This document shows, piece by piece, positions 11,110 through 20,165 of a DNA stretch of 64,000 bases (position 1 is its first letter; each line of letters opens with the position of its first letter). Below the pieces are notes generated by a model. It did not search any database. It had not been told where the DNA came from and saw only the letters and a list, made by a program, of their open reading frames with translations. The stretch comes from Bacillota bacterium. GTDB taxonomy: Bacteria; Bacillota; Dethiobacteria; DTU022. The stretch is taken from contig JAAZPQ010000194.1 in assembly GCA_012797175.1 (NCBI GenBank), positions 294 through 64,293 on the forward strand. The letters run 5' to 3'. Made by a program: the position numbers and the translations under genes.

Positions 11110-12201
11110 GTGTCCGGTTTGTCTGAATTTCGCTGTGATCCTATCTCCGGGCGGCAGGTGATTATTGCTCCGCTGCGTTCCGGGCGGCCCGCGGCTTTTG
11201 CTAAAGCAGGCGGCGGGGACGGCCGCGGCAGCAAACCCGCTTATGTAGAAAACTGTCCTTTCTGTGCTGGCAATGAGCAGATGACGCCGCCGGAGCTTTT
11301 CGCACTGGGACGTAATGGAACGGCACCGGATACAGCAGGCTGGAGAGTCCGGGTAGTGCCGAATAAGTATCCGGCGGTGGAATTAAGAATGGTGGAGCAG
11401 ATCTCGGAGAATATCCCCGGTTACGGAGCTCACGAAGTACTGGTCGAGATCCCGGAACATAACCGCCACCCCGGCAGCTTTCCCCCGCGACAGATGGAGC
11501 TCGTTGTTGAAACCTATTACCGGCGCGGCCGGATGCTGGCCGATTATCCGGATCTGCGTTACCTGCAGATCTTCCGCAATTACCGCCGTGAAGCGGGTGC
11601 TTCGATTGAACATCCTCATTCCCAACTGCTCGCCCTCCCCTTTGTGCCGGTTGTTGTCCGCCGGGAGCTGGAGCGGTCTCAGAGCGCTTACCTTGCCGAG
11701 GGGGCCTGCCCCTTTTGCCAGCTGCTGGAAGAAGAGAGGCGCTTGGCACAGCGAATCATTGTTCAGAGCGATACTTACAGCGCCTTTATTCCTTTTGCTG
11801 CCCGCAGCCCTTTTGAGACCTGGATCCTGCCCCGGAGACACGCAGCTTCATTTTTAGAAACAAGCGCTTCTGAGCGGGCGGACCTGGCAGAGATCCTCGA
11901 AGAGCTGCTCCGGTTAATGGAGCATGCTCTTGGCGATCCGCCCTATAATTACTATCTGCACAGCGCACCCCTGCGCAGTGCGCCGTTGCCCTATTTTCAC
12001 TGGCATATTGAGCTGCTTCCGAAGGTCAGCATCGTTGCGGGGTTTGAAATGGGCAGCGGAGTATTTATCAATATCACCAAGCCTGAAGAAGCAGCCCGGT
12101 TCATTCAGGAGAAAGGAAGAGCCGATTATGAACAATCATGGCGGAAAGATCTACTTTATCCTTGCGCTGCACAATCATCAACCGGTAGGGAACCTGGATG
12201 A
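11110..12201 (+). CDS. Galactose-1-phosphate uridylyltransferase-like (HIT superfamily branch III) enzyme; candidate NDP-glucose phosphorylase
   Basis: Zinc-knuckle CPFCAGNE and active-site HPHSQ (the H-P-H motif of GalT). The ORF track starts at 10936; the conserved N-terminus (SEFRCDPISGRQVIIAP) suggests a GTG or TTG start at 11110-11119. Confidence 0.65.
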   Translation: MSGLSEFRCDPISGRQVIIAPLRSGRPAAFAKAGGGDGRGSKPAYVENCPFCAGNEQMTPPELFALGRNGTAPDTAGWRVRVVPNKYPAVELRMVEQISENIPGYGAHEVLVEIPEHNRHPGSFPPRQMELVVETYYRRGRMLADYPDLRYLQIFRNYRREAGASIEHPHSQLLALPFVPVVVRRELERSQSAYLAEGACPFCQLLEEERRLAQRIIVQSDTYSAFIPFAARSPFETWILPRRHAASFLETSASERADLAEILEELLRLMEHALGDPPYNYYLHSAPLRSAPLPYFHWHIELLPKVSIVAGFEMGSGVFINITKPEEAARFIQEKGRADYEQSWRKDLLYPCAAQSSTGREPG

Positions 12202-14194
12202 GGTTTTCGAGAGAAGTTATCTGCAGACTTACGAGCCGTTCATTGCGGTTCTGGAGCGCTTTTCCGGCATCAGGGTAGCGCTGCATTACTCCGGCAGTCT
12301 TCTGGACTGGCTGGTTGAAAAAAGACCTGATTTTATCAGGCGCCTGAAAAGGCTTGTCGACGGTGGCCGGGTGGAGATTCTCGGGGGAGCCTATTACGAG
12401 CCGATTCTCCCGGCGATCCCGGATGAGGATAAGATTGGCCAGATCTGCCTGTTGACACACCGGCTGCAAGAGCTGTTTGGAGTGGAGCCGCGCGGGATGT
12501 GGCTGGCAGAGCGGGTCTGGGAACCGCACCTGCCCCGTCCAATCAATCAAGCCGGAATTGATTATCTCGCCGTGGACGATACCCATTTTCACGATGTCGG
12601 CTATACGAATCTGGACCACTATTACAGGACTGAAGAAGAGGGTTACCCTCTAGATCTCTTTCCGATCAACGAAGAGCTGCGCTACCTGATCCCCTTCAAG
12701 GCTCCCGAGGAGACAATCTCTTATTTCAAGGAGCACCGGGATGAGCAGCAGCGTCTTTTTGTGCTGGCGGACGACGGTGAAAAATTTGGTGGATGGCCGG
12801 GGACCTACGAGTCGGTCTACGAAAAGGGCTGGCTTGAAGAATTTTTTACTCTTTTACAAGAGCAGGAAGATTGGCTGCAGATGGTTACTTTTGAAGATTA
12901 TCGCCGCCTCTTTTCGCCGTGTGGGCCGGTCTATCTGCCGACGGGGTCCTACCGCGAAATGAAGGAGTGGTCCGGTGGTTTCTGGCGCAACTTTTTTAAC
13001 CGCTATCCTGAAAGTAACCGGATGCACAAAAAGATGCTGGCGGTGCGTAAGCGCTGGGAATCTCTTCCAGAAGGAGAGCCCCGTGAGCAGGCGCAGCGGC
13101 TCCTTTGGGCGGGTCAGTGCAACTGCGCCTACTGGCATGGTGTCTTCGGCGGCCTCTACCTGAACTTTTTACGTGCCGCCGTCTGGCAGAAGTTGTTGCA
13201 GGCTGAGAAGATGATCGATGAGCAGCTGCAGGCGCCGCCGTATCTACTGCTGCAGCGCGGTGATTACGGTTACAGCGGGGCGGAAGAGATCTATATCTCT
13301 ACCGATCGTCTCAGCCTTCTCTTTTCGCCGCAACTCGGCGGTAGCCTGTGGGAGCTTTCATGGAAACCGGCGGCGGTAAACCTTCTCGATACCCTTACCC
13401 GCCGCCCCGAAGCATATCACCAGGAATATCTGGAACAGGCGGAGGCGCCGCGCGGGTCCGGAGAGCAGGCTACTTCGATTCATCACCTGCGGGCGGTTAA
13501 GGAAGAGGGTATCCTGGAGCATCTCTTTTACGATCCCTATCCCCGCGGAGCCTTGATCGAACACTTTTTTGAAGAAGGCGGCTCTCTGGAAGAATTTGAA
13601 AAGGGAAGCATCCGGGAGCAGGGTGATTTTTTAATGCAGCCAGCCGAGGTAGAGTTAGAGCGGCTGCCGGATCCCGGTGAGGGGGAAGGGGTGCAGATAA
13701 CTTTTCAGCGGGAGGGGCGGCTTAAAGAAAACTTACCCCTGCTTCTGAAAAAAATAGTGACCGTCTACGCGGGGAAAGATCGCTTTCAAATAGAGTATCA
13801 CCTGGTCAACCGGGGTAAAGATGACGTGGTGCTTTGCTTCGGGATAGAGTTTAACCTTGCTTTTCTTTCCGGGTCCGACGATGACCGTTACTACGTTATC
13901 CCTGGGCGCGAGCTGGAGGATCGAAGAGTAGGTTCCCGCGGGACTGAAGAAGCGGTGCCAGAACTTTCGCTGGTTGATCGTCGGCGCAATCTCAGCCTAG
14001 CTCTTTGCTGGAGTCGGCCAGCCTTACTCTGGCGAATGCCGGTGGAGGCGATCTCGCTTTCAGAGGGCGGCCTGGAACGTTCGTACCAGCAGTCGCTTCT
14101 CTTGCCGAGTTGGGATTTTTACCTGGCCCCCGGTGAAAGCGGCACCGTCAATTTGCATTTGCAATTTTCCGGGGCTGCTGAAAGGCAGCCATAG
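12128..14194 (+). CDS. Glycoside hydrolase family 57, alpha-amylase/4-alpha-glucanotransferase-like (large form, about 690 aa)
   Basis: MNNHGGKIYFILALHNHQPVGN is the GH57 N-terminus, with a long C-terminal extension. The ORF track begins at 11924, but ATG 12128 has the RBS GGAGAAAGGAAG. It overlaps the tail of the GalT-like ORF by about 74 nt. Confidence 0.7.
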   Translation: MNNHGGKIYFILALHNHQPVGNLDEVFERSYLQTYEPFIAVLERFSGIRVALHYSGSLLDWLVEKRPDFIRRLKRLVDGGRVEILGGAYYEPILPAIPDEDKIGQICLLTHRLQELFGVEPRGMWLAERVWEPHLPRPINQAGIDYLAVDDTHFHDVGYTNLDHYYRTEEEGYPLDLFPINEELRYLIPFKAPEETISYFKEHRDEQQRLFVLADDGEKFGGWPGTYESVYEKGWLEEFFTLLQEQEDWLQMVTFEDYRRLFSPCGPVYLPTGSYREMKEWSGGFWRNFFNRYPESNRMHKKMLAVRKRWESLPEGEPREQAQRLLWAGQCNCAYWHGVFGGLYLNFLRAAVWQKLLQAEKMIDEQLQAPPYLLLQRGDYGYSGAEEIYISTDRLSLLFSPQLGGSLWELSWKPAAVNLLDTLTRRPEAYHQEYLEQAEAPRGSGEQATSIHHLRAVKEEGILEHLFYDPYPRGALIEHFFEEGGSLEEFEKGSIREQGDFLMQPAEVELERLPDPGEGEGVQITFQREGRLKENLPLLLKKIVTVYAGKDRFQIEYHLVNRGKDDVVLCFGIEFNLAFLSGSDDDRYYVIPGRELEDRRVGSRGTEEAVPELSLVDRRRNLSLALCWSRPALLWRMPVEAISLSEGGLERSYQQSLLLPSWDFYLAPGESGTVNLHLQFSGAAERQP

Positions 14195-14223
14195 CAAGCC
14201 CTGGCAAATAGAGGGGTGAGATT

Positions 14224-15942
14224 ATGAGCGAACAGCTGCTTTATGTAGCTTTTGTCTGGAACCAGCATCAGCCTTTTTACAGGGATGCGGTTTCTGGGGA
14301 GCTAATCATGCCCTGGGTGCGGCTCCATGCGTGCAAAGATTACTATCAGATGGCGGCGATCCTGGAGAGCTACCCGAAGGTGCGCCAGACCTTTAACCTG
14401 ACTCCGTCCCTGCTGGAGCAGTTTGAATGTTACCTGGCCGGGGAAGAAGATTATTATCAAAAAGTAAACAAGCCGGCGGAGAAACTTAACGATTCGGAGA
14501 AGCAGTATCTGCTGCATCACTATTTTGATATTCATTGGGATAAGGTCATCCGGCAGTATCCTCGCTACCAGGAACTGCTCGAGCTCCAGGGATGGAGCAG
14601 GGAACCCGAGGCGGTCCGTGCGGTCATGGAGCGCTATCGTCCGCAGGATTACCGTGATCTGCAGGTCTGGTTCAACCTGGCCTGGATAGACCCTCAAATT
14701 CGGCAATCCGATCCTCTCTTAAGCGGACTTGTTGAAAAGGGACGTAATTTTACCGAAGCAGAGCGCCGCTCGGTTATGAAGCGACAGCGTGATCTGGTAG
14801 GCGGAGTTGTCCCCCTGCACCGGCGCCTGCAGGAACGGGGTCAGATTGAGATCATGACCACCCCTTATTATCACCCGATTATCCCGTTGTTGATTGACAG
14901 CTGCAGTGCCCTACGGGCCTCTCCCGGGCTACCGCTGCCGCGCCGCTTTCAATACCCGCAGGATGCTTGCGAACAGCTGGCCATGGCCAGGGCCCAGTAC
15001 CAAAGGCTTTTTGGCAAACTTCCGCAAGGAATCTGGCCTTCGGAGATGGCCGTCAGCCCGGAAACAGTAGCTCTCTTTGCGACCTATGGCTTTGACTGGT
15101 CGATCAGCGACGAGCAGATCCTGGCCCGCTCGTTGAATGCCGAGATTATCCGCGATGGTTATGGCCACGTTTTAAACGGCGATCTGCTCTACCAGCCTTA
15201 CCGTGTCCGTGGAGCCGGGGGGGAGATTGCCATGGTCTTTCGGGATCACCATCTCTCCAACCGGATCGGGTTCGAATACCAGCATTTTCGTCCCGAAGAT
15301 GCGGCCGCCGATCTGGTGCACCGCCTGCAAAAAATTCGGGAGAACCTTTCCTGGTCCCCAGGCAATCACCTGGTAACCCTTTCTTTGGACGGGGAGAACG
15401 CCTGGGAATGGTACCAGGGAGACAAGGGCCCCTTTTTACACAGCCTTTACCGTCGCTTAAGCGAAGAGCCGCTTCTGAGATGCTGCACGGTCAGCGATTA
15501 CCTGGCGGCCAACCCGCCGCAGAGGATTATCGACAACCTGTTTACCGGATCATGGGTTGATCACAACCTGACCCGCTGGATCGGCACGGAAAATAAGAAC
15601 CTGCTCTGGGATTACCTGCTCGAGGCCCGTGAAGCGGTGGAGCACTATCGCCAGAGTAATTCCTGTCAGCCGGAGAGGTTAAAGGAGGCCCTGCACTATA
15701 TCTACATCGCCGAAGGCAGTGATTTTCCCTGGTGGATTGACAGTATGCCCTACTACCTGGCCGCTCCTTTTGAGGCTCTCTTTCGTCGACATCTTGTTGC
15801 CGTCTACCGCTCCTTGAAGAGAGCTGTCCCGGACCACCTTCGCCATCCCTTGATCCATCCTCAACCCGGAGAGAGTGCTTTTTACAATGATCCCCTTGCT
15901 GGACCGATCTCCATGGTTCCGTCCAATTCTGACCCGGAATAA
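14224..15942 (+). CDS. Glycoside hydrolase family 57 protein (AmyC-like, 572 aa)
   Basis: LYVAFVWNQHQPFYRD GH57 motif; tight spacing after the preceding GH57 gene. Confidence 0.65.
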   Translation: MSEQLLYVAFVWNQHQPFYRDAVSGELIMPWVRLHACKDYYQMAAILESYPKVRQTFNLTPSLLEQFECYLAGEEDYYQKVNKPAEKLNDSEKQYLLHHYFDIHWDKVIRQYPRYQELLELQGWSREPEAVRAVMERYRPQDYRDLQVWFNLAWIDPQIRQSDPLLSGLVEKGRNFTEAERRSVMKRQRDLVGGVVPLHRRLQERGQIEIMTTPYYHPIIPLLIDSCSALRASPGLPLPRRFQYPQDACEQLAMARAQYQRLFGKLPQGIWPSEMAVSPETVALFATYGFDWSISDEQILARSLNAEIIRDGYGHVLNGDLLYQPYRVRGAGGEIAMVFRDHHLSNRIGFEYQHFRPEDAAADLVHRLQKIRENLSWSPGNHLVTLSLDGENAWEWYQGDKGPFLHSLYRRLSEEPLLRCCTVSDYLAANPPQRIIDNLFTGSWVDHNLTRWIGTENKNLLWDYLLEAREAVEHYRQSNSCQPERLKEALHYIYIAEGSDFPWWIDSMPYYLAAPFEALFRRHLVAVYRSLKRAVPDHLRHPLIHPQPGESAFYNDPLAGPISMVPSNSDPE

Positions 15943-16082
15943 TCTACCTCGCTTTTCTTGCCGAAAGGCTCTTTTCAATAATTTTTCCCATGCCTGTTTA
16001 AATATAGCGCGCTACCTTTTAGTTTTTATGGTAATATCGAAGTAATATGTTGTTGTGGCGGGGAGGAGCTTTTTGCGTGTAC

Positions 16083-17462
16083 ATGATCATTATTGGCGGC
16101 GGTGGAGTCGGGTCGGAGCTGGCACGCAACCTTTCTGAAAAAAACTTTGATGTGGCGGTCATTGAAAAAAACCCGGAGCAGGCCCGTAAAATAAGCAATC
16201 TGTTTGACGTGATGGTTATTGAAGAAAATGGGGCTAATGCCCTGGCCCTGGAGCGGGCCGGTATCAAGTCTGCGGATATGGTAATCGCGGTAACCGAGGT
16301 TGATGAGATCAATATTATCGCCTGTATGCTGGCTAAACGCTATGGTGTTTCGTTTACCGTGGCTCGCGTGCGCAACGCCGACTATGCCCTTGATTCAGCT
16401 GTACTAACCCGGGAGCAGCTAGGTATTGATCTGATGATCAGTCCGGAGAGGAGCGCGGCTTACGAGATCTCGCGGATGCTTCATTTTCCCGAGGCTTGCG
16501 AAATTGAATATTTCAGCAAGGGGCGAGTCATGCTGCTCAGCCTGATTGCCGGCCCGGAAACCGATATTGTCAAAAAACCTTTTCATAAGCTAAATCTTCC
16601 TCCCGGTTGTATCATCGTCGGGATCAACGAGGGACAGGGAAAATTTACCATCCCCGGCGGAGAAGATACGATCAAACCCGGTTCAAGAATATACCTGCTG
16701 GGTCAATCGCGGACACTAAAGGATATCAGCCGGTTACTCCTTCATGAGCGCACCAGGATCAACCGTGTCACCATTTTCGGCGGCGGAATGATCGGCTACG
16801 AGCTGGCGAAGCTTCTGGAACAGAGCCGCAGACCCTTCCAGGTGAAGCTGGTAGAACCGGATGTGGCCCGCTGTGAACTGCTCAGCCGGGAACTTTCTCA
16901 CACCTTAATTTTACAGGGGGACGCCGCCGATCTCGATCTGCTCAGGCAGGAAGAGATGGCACAGACCGATGCTGTTGTCGCTGTTAGCGGAGATGACCGT
17001 ACTAATATCATCGCCGGAGTGTTGGCCAAGCAATCCGGGATTAAGAAGATCATCTGCGAGGTGGTTGACCCGCAGTTCGTCCCGGTATATGGCGCCCTCG
17101 ACCTGGATAGCATCATCAATCCGCGCTTGATCACCGCCTCGCAGATTCTTCGTTTTACCCACCGCGAGGAGCTGGTCTCTCTTTCAATCTTAAATGACGA
17201 GCGGGCTGAGATTCTGGAGCTGCTCCTCCCGGATTCGGCACCGGTAGCCCATAAAAAAGTGGCCGAGGCGAACTTTCCCCGGGGGATGTTGATCGGTGCG
17301 CTCATCCGCCGGCAAGAGGTGATCATTCCCAGGGGGCAGACCAGGCTTCTACCGGGTGACCACTTAATTATCTTTACCCTGCCTGAAATCAGCGGGCAGC
17401 TGCAGCATTATTTTGCTGCCGCCAGAGAGAACCGGACAAATACCAACCGCACCCGTAAATAG
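16083..17462 (+). CDS. trkA: Trk potassium uptake system NAD-binding protein TrkA (two tandem RCK/KTN domains)
   Basis: MIIIGGGGVGSELA and a second GGGMIGYELA Rossmann GxGxxG. The ORF track starts at 16047; ATG 16083 (or GTG 16077) follows GGGAGGAG. Confidence 0.85.
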   Translation: MIIIGGGGVGSELARNLSEKNFDVAVIEKNPEQARKISNLFDVMVIEENGANALALERAGIKSADMVIAVTEVDEINIIACMLAKRYGVSFTVARVRNADYALDSAVLTREQLGIDLMISPERSAAYEISRMLHFPEACEIEYFSKGRVMLLSLIAGPETDIVKKPFHKLNLPPGCIIVGINEGQGKFTIPGGEDTIKPGSRIYLLGQSRTLKDISRLLLHERTRINRVTIFGGGMIGYELAKLLEQSRRPFQVKLVEPDVARCELLSRELSHTLILQGDAADLDLLRQEEMAQTDAVVAVSGDDRTNIIAGVLAKQSGIKKIICEVVDPQFVPVYGALDLDSIINPRLITASQILRFTHREELVSLSILNDERAEILELLLPDSAPVAHKKVAEANFPRGMLIGALIRRQEVIIPRGQTRLLPGDHLIIFTLPEISGQLQHYFAAARENRTNTNRTRK

Positions 17463-17470
17463 AGAAGATA

Positions 17471-18964
17471 TTGCAGATTTCAGGATATCACCGGGAGAGG
17501 ATCGATTTAGTGCGTCGGAACAGGGTTTTTTATCTATTAGGAATTATGCTCATATTTTTAGCGGCCATGATGGCGCTGGCTGCACTCTGGTCGATCGGCG
17601 AGCAGGATGGGGACCGGCTTTCCTTTTTATGGGCTATTCTTTTCACCGCTGGTACGGGGGCCTTCTTATGTGCCCTGTTCTATCCATCGCGCCGGGAGCC
17701 GCTTTCTCTGGCTGAAAGCTTCTCCCTGGTCTCGTTGGCCTGGTTGCTGGCCGGTTTTTTTGGAGCGCTGCCCTTTTATTTTTACCATGGCTTTGACGGT
17801 ACCCTGCTCGACGCTTTTTTCGAAGCGGTCTCCGGTTTTACCACTACCGGGGCTACCGTGATTGACGATCTGGAGTGCTTGCCCCGCGGCCTTCTTTTCT
17901 GGCGTTCCCTGACCCAGTGGCTGGGCGGTATGGGGATCATTGTTCTGTTTCTTGCTGTTCTGCCGCGGTTTGGATTTAAAAGTACAACTCTTTATAAGGC
18001 GGAGCTGCCCGGCCCGGTGGCCGAGCGTTTTGTTCCCCGGGTCGTCGAGACGGCACGCTGGCTCTGGCTGATCTATGCGGCATTTACGGTTTTGCAGACC
18101 CTGCTGTTGATCTTCTGCGGGCTGAACCTTTTCGATGCCCTGGCCTACGCTTTTACTACTATGCCCACCGGAGGCTTTTCCACCTGTAATGCCAGTGTCG
18201 CCGCCTTAAATAATCCGGCTGCCGAAGTGGTCATGATCATTTTCATGTTCTTGGCCGGAGTGAACTTCACCATCTATTTTCGCCTGTTTAAAGGCGACCG
18301 GGGGGTGCTCAAAAGTGAAGAGTTACGCTTTTATACCGCCGTGCTGGTGGTCTCTATCGTGCTGGTCGCCGTTAATATCGCGCCCACTGGCTCGGATATC
18401 CTTCTCTCGATCCGGCAAAGTGCCTTCCAAGTGGTCTCGGTGGCGACGACGACCGGTTATGCCAGCGCTGATTTTGACGCCTGGCCGCATTTTTCACGGG
18501 CGCTGCTTCTTTTGTTGATGTTTCTCGGCGCCTGCGGCGGTTCAACCGGCGGGGGGATCAAGCAGATTCGCCTGCTGCTGCTGTTTAAATGTGCGCGGCG
18601 GGAGCTGCTGCGCCTGATCCATCCATCCGCAGTAGCCTCGGTTAAGCTTGACGAGCAGGCTGTTTCAGAGGAGATGCTACGGGGCGTGGCCGGGTTTACC
18701 TTTCTCTATATTCTATTTTTTGCCCTCTCCACCCTGGCCTTATGCTGGATGGAGCTCGATTTAACTACAGCGGCATCGGCTGTTGCTTCGGCTCTGGGCA
18801 ATGTCGGTCCCGGCCTTGGCCTGGTCGGGCCCCGGTTTACTTTCAACGCTGTTCCCGCTGCAGGCAAGGTGCTCTTGAGCTTGATGATGATTATGGGCCG
18901 TCTGGAGATTTACACGGTGCTAGTTCTCTTTTTGCCTGAATCGCGCCGTTGCTTCAGCAATTAA
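17471..18964 (+). CDS. trkH: Trk-type potassium uptake membrane protein TrkH
   Basis: Polytopic protein with a GGSTGGGIK pore-loop-like motif, immediately downstream of trkA. The true start may be GTG 17510. Confidence 0.8.
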   Translation: MQISGYHRERIDLVRRNRVFYLLGIMLIFLAAMMALAALWSIGEQDGDRLSFLWAILFTAGTGAFLCALFYPSRREPLSLAESFSLVSLAWLLAGFFGALPFYFYHGFDGTLLDAFFEAVSGFTTTGATVIDDLECLPRGLLFWRSLTQWLGGMGIIVLFLAVLPRFGFKSTTLYKAELPGPVAERFVPRVVETARWLWLIYAAFTVLQTLLLIFCGLNLFDALAYAFTTMPTGGFSTCNASVAALNNPAAEVVMIIFMFLAGVNFTIYFRLFKGDRGVLKSEELRFYTAVLVVSIVLVAVNIAPTGSDILLSIRQSAFQVVSVATTTGYASADFDAWPHFSRALLLLLMFLGACGGSTGGGIKQIRLLLLFKCARRELLRLIHPSAVASVKLDEQAVSEEMLRGVAGFTFLYILFFALSTLALCWMELDLTTAASAVASALGNVGPGLGLVGPRFTFNAVPAAGKVLLSLMMIMGRLEIYTVLVLFLPESRRCFSN

Positions 18965-18988
18965 TAGCGTCAGGGGGTTATTTTATAG

Positions 18989-20071
18989 ATGGCTACTTAC
19001 CGTGAAGCCGTAAAGATGATTACCGCGGGCCGTTTTGCTCCGGCCTATCTCTTTTACGGCGACGAATTTTTTTTAATTCAAGAGCTCACCGATCTGCTCT
19101 CTAATGCCTTTCTGGGAGAAGATCCGGGCTACGGGCGGGAGAAGGTCGACGGGGATAGACTAACCCTGGGCCAGGCTCTCCGACGCCTCGACGAACCAAG
19201 CCTCTTTGCGCCTCGTAAATTATTGCTGGTGGAGGAGCCCCCTTACCTGGCGGTGAAAAAAAGAGAGAGCCAGGGTGCCACAGGGGAAAAGGAAGAGCAA
19301 CAGGAGGAGAGCGGTAAAGAGGCAGCGGCACAGTTAGAAAGCTTTCTGGCCCGTGAAAAGGCGCAGAAAATCCCTTCTCGCATCATTCTTTTTCGGGCCG
19401 GTGCGGTTGATCGGCGCAGGCGTCTCTTCAAACTGTTGGAGAAGAAAGCCGTCGTGGTGCAGTGCGCTCCGTTAAGAGGAGGTGAGCTGGCCCGCTGGAT
19501 TCGAGAGAGGGTTGCCGGTCAGGGTAAAAAAATCGAACCTGCTGCCCTGCAGCGGCTCCTCTGGAGCGGGGAAAACGATCTCTACTGTCTCTCCAACGAA
19601 CTTGATAAGTATAGCACATACCTGGGCGAGGGTGAGACAACAATTACTGCCGGGGTGGTCGAGATGCTCTTTTCCGGCGATATTAAAAGCAACGTCTTTA
19701 CCCTTACCGACGCCCTTAGCGAGGGCAATCTTGACCGGGCGCTGCAGGCTCTCTCTTTACTGGCCAGAAAGCGTGAAGAGCCCCTACGGATCTTCTTTAT
19801 GCTGGTGCGCCATTTCCGTTTGCTTCTCGGTGCCCGCTCACTGCGCGAAGAGAAAGTCCCCCCGGCGGAGCATCCCCGGGCGCTGGGGGTAACCCCTTTT
19901 GAAGCCCGCAAGGTTTTTGGGCAATCGGCGGCCTTTAGCCGCGAAATCCTGGAAGAGATCATCATCCTATTGCAGAAAATAGATTACCAGATCAAGACCG
20001 GGCGGGTAGCTCCCTGGCAGGCTCTGGAGATTGCTATCGCCCAGATCCACCAGCTTACGTCCTGCCGCTAA
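18989..20071 (+). CDS. holA: DNA polymerase III delta subunit
   Basis: N-terminal AYLFYGDEFFL motif, a 360-aa AAA+-lid-like fold, and the conserved position upstream of rpsT(-). Confidence 0.8.
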   Translation: MATYREAVKMITAGRFAPAYLFYGDEFFLIQELTDLLSNAFLGEDPGYGREKVDGDRLTLGQALRRLDEPSLFAPRKLLLVEEPPYLAVKKRESQGATGEKEEQQEESGKEAAAQLESFLAREKAQKIPSRIILFRAGAVDRRRRLFKLLEKKAVVVQCAPLRGGELARWIRERVAGQGKKIEPAALQRLLWSGENDLYCLSNELDKYSTYLGEGETTITAGVVEMLFSGDIKSNVFTLTDALSEGNLDRALQALSLLARKREEPLRIFFMLVRHFRLLLGARSLREEKVPPAEHPRALGVTPFEARKVFGQSAAFSREILEEIIILLQKIDYQIKTGRVAPWQALEIAIAQIHQLTSCR

Positions 20072-20165
20072 CCGGAACACCGGGGACGTAATTACTTGTT
20101 CTATCTAACGTGAGGGAGATATGGTTTCTAGGCCCCCGTCCAAAATTTAATCCATGGAGGAACCG

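Noticed and set aside
10936-11110. The N-terminal 58 codons of the GalT-like ORF as given by the ORF track.
   Set aside because: The conserved GalT N-terminus begins near 11119, and the upstream part is Arg/Gly-rich with no homology. It is more likely 5'-UTR, and is kept only as a note in a finding.
15943-16082. Looked for a c-di-AMP (ydaO/kimA) riboswitch upstream of trkA.
   Set aside because: Only about 100 nt of leader is available, and no ydaO-like conserved ACGGGG...CCCGT pseudoknot blocks are visible. It is most likely a simple promoter (TGGTAATAT) plus RBS.
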